A DNA stretch of 17,559 nt from Octopus sinensis (lineage: Eukaryota). Shown here piece after piece: positions 1-7,483 of the stretch. How positions within the stretch are numbered: position 1 is the stretch's first letter; every line of letters begins with the position of its first letter. The position numbers and the translations under genes were made by a program. The notes beneath the pieces are model-generated. The model was not told where the DNA came from. It made no database searches and saw only the letters and a list, made by a program, of their open reading frames with translations. The DNA lies in assembly GCF_006345805.1 (NCBI RefSeq), contig NW_021825360.1, positions 1-17,559 of the forward strand, read 5' to 3'.

Positions 1-17
1 TTTTCAACCTCTTGTCA

Positions 18-1122
18 CTATTCCTCCCCAACGTCGCCTGTGCCCGTATACTCCGCCATCCCACACGCCTCATTCGAGAACAAGGCAGGATACGAGCCGG
101 CGTCGCCCGGCCACAAGCGATATTCCTCATTGAGTCCCTGCAGCCTATACCTCACGGACAACGTTATGACCTCCACAGCTATCTGCGGAGGCCATTCGGG
201 ATCCAATGTGAAGTTTAAAGGTACTCCCCTATGGTGCCTTTCCACCACCTCTTCTACCTCTCCGCCTCTGTAGAAGAAGACCAATAGTTCCCCTTCCTCC
301 GGGTTCGAGGTTGTCAATTCTACCGTTGGCGGCACAATTCCCCCAACGATGTCTCTTCGCCTGCCGGTGGTACAACCCCTACTGGCAAGGTTCCGGGACA
401 TTCCGGTGCTATGTCACCGACTGTCGGCAATGTCCCGTTTCTCCTCCTTTTCCTTTTTTTTCTTTCAACTGAGGGAGGGTGCGTCTCCTCCGTAACCGGG
501 AGATACGCCTCTCCTCCCTCATTCCCAGGCTCCTTCGGTGAGCACCAATTATTGCTCACCTTCTTCCTCTTGCAGTCTTTCTTTGAGGAGTCCTCCGTCT
601 CCTCGGCCGCCGCATTCCTTCTTCTACAGAGGTCTCAATCAACTGCTCCAGGACTTTGCTTTGTTTCTGAGTACAGCTTTTCTTTATATGGCCAGGTTCC
701 AGGCACCAATGACACCTGGGTGGGTGGGCCTAGGGACGACCCTCAAGAATCACCGGGTACCAGCACCCAGCCATTTTCAAAAAATCTGGCATAACCAGAT
801 TCATGGTTGGTTTGGGTCCACAGGGTTAAAACAGCTTTTGACCCAACCCAATCAGCCGCAGGAAGAATTTTCACATTGAGAAGCCTGGTCCTGCTGCCAC
901 ACAGACTCCAATGGATAGTATCCTCTATCCACTGGGGTTCAATTCTGGGTGGCAAACCAGAGACCCAAGCTCTCGTCAATTTCTTCCCACAATAAGTGGG
1001 AAGAAACAAAATTTCTTTACTCGTAAACTGCGAGCCTCCTCTGGGGTGTCAAACAGCAACCACACCGTTGCATATTCGACACCCCTAGAGATATAATTAA
1101 TGGTTGGCAGATACTCCGCCAT
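18..1122 (-). mobile_element. Decayed ORF1 of a non-LTR retrotransposon (L1/Tx1-like): RRM-like region, CCHC zinc knuckle, low-complexity linker and C-terminal region
   Basis: Manual minus-strand translation joins several frames: MAEYLPTINYISRGVEYATVWLLFDTPEEARSL, then TRAWVSGLPPRIEPQWI, then PDFLKMAGCWYPVILEGRP*AHPPRCHWCLEPGHIKKSC. The C-X2-C-X4-H-X4-C knuckle is at 714-673 and an in-frame TAG at 732-730. Further frames give the ORF-track peptides 320..559 and 18..401. The region is richer in GC than its flank. Clade assignment is from remembered ORF1 architecture, not a search. Confidence 0.7.
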
Positions 1123-1140
1123 ATGTTGTTTATATATTTG

Positions 1141-1216
1141 TATAAATGCGTGCATTTATGTATGTATATGTATGTAATGTATGTATGTATGTATGTATGT
1201 ATGTATGTATGTATGT
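1141..1216. repeat. (TATG)n microsatellite
   Basis: Direct run of tatgtatgtatg abutting the 5' end of the ORF1 fragment. Confidence 0.95.
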
Positions 1217-1250
1217 GATATTAGTTCACAGTAACTTATTGCAATAAAAT

Positions 1251-1348
1251 GTTTCCTGATGATCCATTCTGATGAATTATCCGTATGCACTTGGAAAACC
1301 CAGATGCAGAATTCCAAGTAACCATGATTGTGAAACGTACGTAGGAAC
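1251..1348 (+). ncRNA. Type I hammerhead-ribozyme-like motif, probably decayed and Penelope-element-like
   Basis: Helix I is GTTTC (1251-1255) with GGAAC (1344-1348). CTGATGA core at 1256-1262, with a second copy at 1269-1275. GAAA at 1332-1335. Palindromic helix III ACGTACGT (1335-1342). Putative GUA cleavage triplet at 1341-1343. Helix II is imperfect. Confidence 0.45.
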
Positions 1349-1381
1349 TAATTTATAAACCTGTCTTTATCTTAATTTCTC

Positions 1382-1412
1382 ATGTGTGTGTGTGTGTGTG
1401 GTGTGTGTGTAT

Positions 1413-1470
<58 letters not shown>
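1382..1470. repeat. (TG)n microsatellite
   Basis: Direct dinucleotide run. Confidence 0.97.
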
Positions 1471-1474
<4 letters not shown>

Positions 1475-1505
1475 TAGCCGGTAGACTATGAAACAGACTG
1501 AAAAA

Positions 1506-1600
1506 TTAAGTTCTGGGGTCAATTTGTTTCACTGAAACCCTTCTTGGTGGTGCTCTTGTATGGCCGCTATCTAATGACTGAAACACGATAAAAGTTAAAA
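1506..1600 (+). mobile_element. Degenerate 3' portion of a SINE related to family A
   Basis: taagttctggggtcaatttgttt...ggtggtgctc..tatggccgc..taatgactgaaac is similar to 17477-17550 and follows a (TG)n tract, as in intact copies. Confidence 0.7.
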
Positions 1601-2480
1601 ACAAAAAAAAAAAACAAAAAAAGCAACGTTCAATAGGTCACTGTATCATTCTGATAACAATTTCAAAATACGTATTTTTACAGGAATAATATAGATTTGG
1701 GTAGTTTTATATAACGTTTCTAGTTTGCTTGATATCTTTCCAAAAACCATAAGTACTTTTGATATTAAATTTGTAGTTGAGTGTATCAGTTTACCAAGTA
1801 ACCATTCCTCGTTTATATAGGAACATTCTTATACCATCATTTAAAAATATATATTTGAAAAATCAAGTTTTCAAAAATAGCAACTATTGTACGAAATGCA
1901 GGATCTTTTCCAAATAGGCTTTAAATATGTCTATTTAAGAAATGATGAATATCTATGGTACATATTAGAAATTCTGTCTTGTGGTAACGAAAATGGCGCA
2001 GCTGTCAGAAGAGGTTTTCGAAGATTACTATATCTGTCCATTGGGTGCTTAATCAAAAGGCTAGAGTGTTTTTTTTATCATCAGACGATACCTGTTAGTT
2101 TGTACATAAGCAAGACAGTTAAGATGACCCTTGCGTATATCACTTGTAGATAATACCTCCCATGGACATGCTGTGTATAAAAACAAAATATATATCAGAA
2201 GGTAACGAAATTTGTTCCAGCAGCGGCTTGCAAGAACTCCACATGCATTTCGGCCCTTAGGCCTTGTCAGTGGAGTGTAGCCAGTCAACTACGTGCTTAT
2301 ATACAAAGGACTGCTCCTTTATATCGCCTCCGATAGATAGGAGTACAGGCTATTGACTATCGAATCCATAAGGATAACCCTAACCACACGTAGCTATAAA
2401 ATGAATATGGTTGGCTGGATGAAGGAGACGAGAGTCTGTCTGGATCTCGTCAGTTTTTATTAGAAACGTGTTTTACTTGC

Positions 2481-2638
2481 TGAGTTCAAATTCCGCTGAG
2501 GTTGACTTTGCCGTCATCTTTTCGGGGCCAATAAAATAGATTACAGTTTCGCACTGGGGTCAATGTAATCGACTAATCCCTTCCTTTTAGAATTACTGGC
2601 TTAGTGCCAAAATCTGAAGCCATTATTAGAAGTTAGCT
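2481..2638 (+). mobile_element. Degenerate tRNA-derived SINE, family B
   Basis: gagttcaaattccgctgaggttgactttgcc...ataaaatag...actggggtcaatgtaatcgact...gtgccaaaatctgaagcc aligns with the copy at 6119-6325. Confidence 0.75.
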
Positions 2639-3061
2639 GCTTAGCTAAATCCCTCAGCATCTAATGGAGCAGAGGCAACAAAAGATCTCTACCCAATACT
2701 ATCAGAAACCCTGACTTGAATTTGCACTCAGAAAATCCCCATGGCTATCAGATATTCCTCCACAAATCCTCAGATTTCAAAGGATTCTGCGCCCGTTTCT
2801 GGCTTTCATTGGTCTCTCGTAGACATGCCTAGTACGTGGCTAAGCAACTTCCGTTGTCTTACGGCGATGGGATCCTGTAGTTTACTCATCCTGGTCCTTT
2901 CCACAATTTCTTCATTCATGATGTAGTCACTTCAAGATATTCTTAGTATGACTCTAATGCAACATTTCTGGAAGATATTGCTGTTCTGTAGACTCTCTTG
3001 GTCTTTTTATTCACATCACATGCATAATGTCAGCTGACAAGATTTTTATGTATGAGCGTGT

Positions 3062-3299
3062 ATATGTGTGTGTGTGTATGTGTGTTTGTGTGTGTATTTG
3101 TTCCCCACCGCTTGACAATCAGTATTGGCGTGTTTGGTTCCCCGTAACTTAGCGGTTTGGTCAAAGAGACCGATAGAACAAGTGCCAGGGTTAAAATAAG
3201 TAGTAAGTACAGGGGTCAATTAGTTCGATAAAAAAAATTCTTCAAGACAGTGCCCCAGCATGGCCGCAGATTAATGAATGAAACAAGCAAAAGCTAAAG
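3062..3299 (+). mobile_element. 3' half of SINE family A, diverged
   Basis: (TG)n followed by cgcttgacaatc...cccgtaacttagcggtttgg..aaagagaccgatagaa...ccagcatggccgcag..aatgaatgaaacaagcaaaag, colinear with 17331-17559. Confidence 0.85.
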
Positions 3300-3323
3300 C
3301 ATATGTTTGTATATTAGAATTTT

Positions 3324-3351
3324 GATGTTTCGAGTAATAACCCTTCTTCAG
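3324..3351 (-). ncRNA. Decayed minimal hammerhead core, Penelope-like signature
   Basis: Minus strand reads CTGAAGA-A-GGGT-TATT-ACTC-GAAAC-ATC, giving a 4-bp helix II with one G.U pair. ATC may be a CpG-decayed GTC. No helix I pairing. Confidence 0.3.
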
Positions 3352-3488
3352 CTTGGAGAGCTGAAGAGACAAGATGAACCTTCTAGATATCTCAATTCAG
3401 ATACTTCACCGATCCCTTTTTCCTACTCCTTTGACAGCGATCTTTATAGTGAATTACGTTCAGATAAAGTAGGGGACACCGTTTAAAT

Positions 3489-3577
3489 AAAGGGTTCTCA
3501 ACCATCTTATATCTACAGACCCCTTTCATTACTGTTTTACTCTTGTGGATTCCTATAGATATTCAATGTTTAAAAGC
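3489..3577 (+). mobile_element. Probable left end of a hAT (Charlie/Buster-type) non-autonomous element
   Basis: aaagggttctcaacc matches the remembered CAGTGGTTCTCAACC-type TIR at 12/15 positions, followed by ...acagacccctt... The upstream 8-mer gtttaaat has a central TA. Confidence 0.4.
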
Positions 3578-3578
3578 T

Positions 3579-3983
3579 ATTCTTTTCTTTGTTTTAGTCA
3601 TTTGACTGCAGCCATGCTGGAGCACCGCCTTTAGTCGAACAAATCCACCCCAGGATTTATTCTATCGGTCTCTTTTGCCGAACTGTTAAGTTACAAGGAC
3701 GTAAACACACCAGCATCGGCTGTCAAGCGATGGTGGTGACAAACAAACACACACACACACACGCACACACACGCACGCACACACACACTCACACACTCAC
3801 ATACACACACTCACACATATATATATACGATGGGCTTCTTTCAGTTTTCGTCTACCAAATCCGCTCATAAGGCTTTGGTTGGTCCGAGGCTATAGTAGAA
3901 GACACTTGCCCTAGGTGCCACGTAGTGCGAATGAACCCAGAACCACGTGGTTGGTAAGCAAGCTACTTACCACACAGCCACTC
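3579..3983 (-). mobile_element. Near-full-length tRNA-derived SINE, family A (CORE-like head; octopus OR-type from memory)
   Basis: Reverse complement of 17133-17559: head agtggctgtgtggtaagtagcttgc, CORE-like cacctagggcaagtgtcttc, internal (TA)n/(TG)n and tail ccagcatggctgcagtcaaatgact. Carries a 22-bp internal deletion. Confidence 0.93.
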
Positions 3984-4107
3984 TGAGAAACATCCAAAAT
4001 TCCTATTTTGTTTCACATTAACTTGTGTAGGTTGAACAATGTGAAATGTTCGAGAAAGGAACCTAGCTTAGCTGTTTTCTTGCAATACATACCAATACAT
4101 ACGTCTT

Positions 4108-4341
4108 AAGCAAAATTTTTTCAAGGACAACTTTGTGGCTTTTCTCCCTGTTGTTGATGATGATGATGATGATGATGAAGCAAAATTTTTTCAAGGACCC
4201 TTTGTGGCTGTTCTTGTTGTTGATGATGATGATGATGATGATGATGATGAGCAGGAGGAGGAGGAGGAGAGGATGACGAAAGAGAACGTGGGAGAGGACG
4301 AGGGAAAATGAGGGAGGCGGAGGAGGAGGGAGGAGTATGAA

Positions 4342-4374
<33 letters not shown>
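4108..4374. repeat. 70-bp tandem duplication plus (GAT)n/(GGA)n microsatellites
   Basis: aagcaaaattttttcaaggac..tttgtggct..ttgttgatgatgat starts at both 4108 and 4178. A GGA-rich block and a second (GAT)n run extend to about 4374. Confidence 0.9.
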
Positions 4375-4399
4375 CTGCTACCGTAGATCCCCAATTTAC

Positions 4400-4477
4400 T
4401 ATTTTTTTTTTTCGTGGACTTCCAAAAATCTTATACGAACCCTCATGGGCCATACGGACCCTGGCTGAGAACACAAG
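4400..4477 (-). mobile_element. Probable hAT (Charlie/Buster-type) terminus
   Basis: Reverse complement cttgtgttctcagccagggtccgtatggcccatgagggttcg; 10/15 match to a CAGTGGTTCTCAACC-type TIR, facing the end at 3489. Confidence 0.35.
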
Positions 4478-5238
4478 CACCTCCTTCTACCCTAAAATAC
4501 TCAATGACTCTTGAACACTCGGCCTAACATTACAATTTAAATAACCACCCAACCGATCTCCTTTCGATTTTCTTAGTTACTGCGCCCCCTTGATCCTATT
4601 AAAACCCTTAACATAAGGAATCACTTATCTTAGGTCAGTCTCAGCTTCTCAAGTAGGCGTCAACGAACGCTTTGCCTTCTTTGTAGCCCTTTCATCTTCC
4701 CCTTGTCTAGCTATGACCCCGTTTCCTTCCCCTGTCTCACATTCACGAGCTTTCGTACTTACCTATCCATGTATGTATGCGTGTGTGTCTGTATGTGTGT
4801 TCCCGCTCCCTCCCTCAGCCACATATTTCTCTCTTGACCCCTACTAAGCGAACTTTCTTCCCCTATCAAATTTATTCCCCCACCCTTTCCTGCATGTTTG
4901 TATCCCTATGCGTACCTTTACATAGAGTGTGTGTGTGTGTGTGTGCTTATGTATCCTTATCGCATATCTTAATCCCTTGCTGCTGTTTAACACTTCGTCG
5001 TGAGCGTCTTTTTAAACCCTCCACTGTTCCTCTTCATTCACCCTTTCTTCGCTTCGTCACTCCTGTCGTGCCCCCCACTCTATGTCCCCTACCGACACCC
5101 TTTTTTCACTTCCTTGTGTTCCCACTGTGTTCATAATTCAACAATTCAGCTAAACAAGGAAATAATGAATATTAACCGCAGATAAACTGGACGCTCTTTA
5201 ATCTTTTGTATTCATCATAAACCAGCACAAAAGAGCAA

Positions 5239-5283
5239 TCACCACCACCGCCACCGCCACCACCACCATCACCACCACCGCCA

Positions 5284-5315
<32 letters not shown>

Positions 5316-5660
5316 ACCACCATCACCAAAACCACCACCACCACCGCCACCGCCACCACCACCGCCATCACCAAAACCACCACCACCACCGCCACCACCA
5401 CCACCGCCATCACCAAAACCACCACCATCACCACCACCACCGCCCCGCCACCACCGCCATCACCAAACCATGCAAACCACCACCACCACCACAACCACCA
5501 CCAACCTCCATCACCAAAACCACCACCACCACCCCCCCACCATGCCACCGCCACCACCACCATCACCACAACCACCACCACCACCGCCATCACCAAACCA
5601 CCACCAACCACCACCCACCACCACCGCCACCACCACCACCGCCACCACCACCACCACCAT
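5239..5660. repeat. Compound (CCA/CCG)n minisatellite with recurring CATCACCAAAACC motif
   Basis: The motif, or a one-nucleotide variant, starts at 5321, 5366, 5408, 5458, 5509, 5561 and 5588. Confidence 0.95.
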
Positions 5661-5667
5661 ACAATAG

Positions 5668-5814
5668 GGGTCGCCACCACCCTCTGCCGGAGCCTCGTGG
5701 AGCTTTTAGGTGTTTTCGCTCAATAAACACACACAACGCCCGGTCTGGGAATCGAAACCGCGATCCTCCGACCGCGAGTCCGCCGCCCTAACCACTGGGT
5801 CATTGAGCCTCCAC
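5668..5814 (-). mobile_element. 3'-truncated tRNA-derived SINE, family C
   Basis: Minus strand reads gtggaggctcaatgacccagtggttagggcggcggactcgcggtcggaggatcgcggtttcgattcccagaccgggcg. A-box-like TGACCCAGTGG at 5802-5792 and B-box-like GTTTCGATTCC at 5758-5748. It continues into non-tRNA sequence, so it is not a tRNA gene. Confidence 0.8.
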
Positions 5815-5877
5815 CAATATACAAATTACCATAAATATTCTACCAGAGTTACGTTTTCGCTGACATACTTGCAACGT

Positions 5878-5945
5878 TACAAGTTCAAATACCTCTGAGG
5901 TTAACTTTGCCATTCTTTCTTCCGCGATCGATAAGAAAAACGTAC
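5878..5945 (+). mobile_element. Short degenerate SINE family B fragment
   Basis: aagttcaaatacctctgaggttaactttgccattc...gatcgataag resembles 6190-6250. Confidence 0.5.
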
Positions 5946-6118
5946 ATGTGGAGTACGGGAACCATTACGCTGAACGGTTCTCTCTCACTAAAAACGTGTA
6001 CTTAAGCTTTTGCTAGAAATGAATACCATTGGATACAGTTTAGATTTAATTTTTTTACATTTTTCTTTCCAAAATTTTTACAACCATTCTATAAATTTTA
6101 ATATTCTTTGGTCTTAAG

Positions 6119-6325
6119 GGGGCGAGCGGCAGAATCGTTAGCACACCGGACAAAATGCTAAGTGGTACTTCATCCGTCCGTATGTTACGAGCTCAAATTT
6201 CGCCAAGGTTAACTTTGTCTTTCATCCTTTTGGAGTCAATAAAATAAGTACCAGTTGAACACTGTAATCGACTTATCTCCTCCCCTCAAATTGCTGGCCT
6301 TGTGCCAAAATTTGAAACCAATATT
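6119..6325 (+). mobile_element. tRNA-derived SINE, family B (central domain resembles the Meta-type SINE domain, from memory)
   Basis: Head ggcgagcggcagaatcgttagcac, B-box-like gagctcaaatttc, core aaggttaactttgtctttcatccttttggagtcaataaaataagtacc and 3' gctggccttgtgccaaaatttgaaacc. Confidence 0.85.
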
Positions 6326-6697
6326 CTCTTGTTCTCTCTCTCTCCCACCCATTCTCTCTATTTTATTTATCTTTTATCCGCCTGTCTGTCCTTCTGTCTG
6401 TCAGACTTTCAACTTACCTACCTTCATACTTATCTCCATACCTGCTCATCAATATCTGTCTATCAATCAATCAATCTATCTATTTATATTGACATTTCTG
6501 TGATAACGATCCCTATTGATCGATTTTTTCTTTTTCCTTTTATTTTATTCTCCTCCATTTTTTTTGCTTTCCCCATTTCTTTCTTTTTATGATCCCTTTT
6601 GATCGATAATCAAACCCCCTTTTTTTATCCCCAAAAGAAAAGCTCTACCTTGTAATTTGTCCCGTCTGTGTGCAGCCCTGTGTGGCTAATAAAGAAA

Positions 6698-6699
6698 CA

Positions 6700-6742
<43 letters not shown>

Positions 6743-6767
6743 ATATCTATCTATCTACCTACCTGCA

Positions 6768-6820
<53 letters not shown>

Positions 6821-6925
6821 GTCTATCTATCTATCCTTTATCCGTTCGTCTGTCCATCTATCAACCTACCTATCTTCATAACTATCTCCATACCTACAAA
6901 TCGATATCTATCTATCTATCTATCT
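6698..6925. repeat. (TATC)n/(TGTC)n compound microsatellite
   Basis: Direct tetranucleotide runs; the ORFs here (YLSI/CLSV) are artefacts of the repeat. Confidence 0.95.
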
Positions 6926-7177
6926 GTCTTACTGGCTGTCTCAATCTCTCCATCCACCATTCAGTCTGTCGAGCCGTCATCTGTCAGTCAATTCCTCTGC
7001 CCCCATCTCACCTTCTCCCTCTCTCTCCCCCTTTCCTTTTGTTCTACCCCAACCATTCTTCCATCTTAATCTCTTCATCTCGTCGTAATCTTCTCCTCTG
7101 TCTGCAACTGACTGACGTGTCGCTGTTCTTTTGACCTTGGCCAGTTTATTCATTTCAAAAAGAAAAATATAACTTAT

Positions 7178-7483
7178 TACTCTTTTTACTCTTTTACTTG
7201 TTTCAGTCATTTGACTGCAGCCATGCTGGAGCACCGGCTTTAGTCGAGCAAATCGACCCCAGGACTTATTCTTTGTAAGCCGAGTACTTATTCTATCGGT
7301 CTCTTTTGCCGAACCGCTAAGTGACGGCGACGTAAAACAACCAGCATCGTTTGTCAAGCAATGCTAGGGGAACAAACACACACACAACAAACACACACAC
7401 ACACAACACACACACCAACACACATATATATATATAATATATATAATATAATATATATATATATATATATTCTATATATATAT
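7178..7483 (-). mobile_element. 3' half of SINE family A, ending in its internal (CA)n/(TA)n tract
   Basis: Tail (ctcttttac)n, then ttcagtcatttgactgcagccatgctggagcacc...ccagcatcgtttgtcaagc, then (CA)n and (TA)n. The expected head is absent and the array follows instead. Confidence 0.92.

Noticed and set aside
48-1122. 12-mer ATACTCCGCCAT repeated at 48-59 and 1111-1122, considered as LTR or TSD ends
   Set aside because: It is too short, both copies lie inside the putative ORF1, and a chance 12-mer match within 1.1 kb is not improbable enough.
2415-2475. CTGACGA on the minus strand and a GACGAGA/TCTCGTC stem as another hammerhead
   Set aside because: There is no GAAA in the required position on the same strand.
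4121-4480. Poly-His/poly-Ser ORFs
   Set aside because: They are direct translations of (GAT)n/(GGA)n microsatellites with no non-repetitive domain.
5198-5680. 160-aa Val/Trp/Gly-rich minus-strand ORF
   Set aside because: (TGG)n cannot generate stop codons, so ORF length is uninformative.
5740-5814. Possible tRNA gene
   Set aside because: A and B boxes are present, but I could not fold a proper acceptor stem or cloverleaf, and the sequence continues as SINE body.
6255-7134. YLSI/CLSV-type ORFs
   Set aside because: They are artefacts of TATC/TGTC microsatellites.
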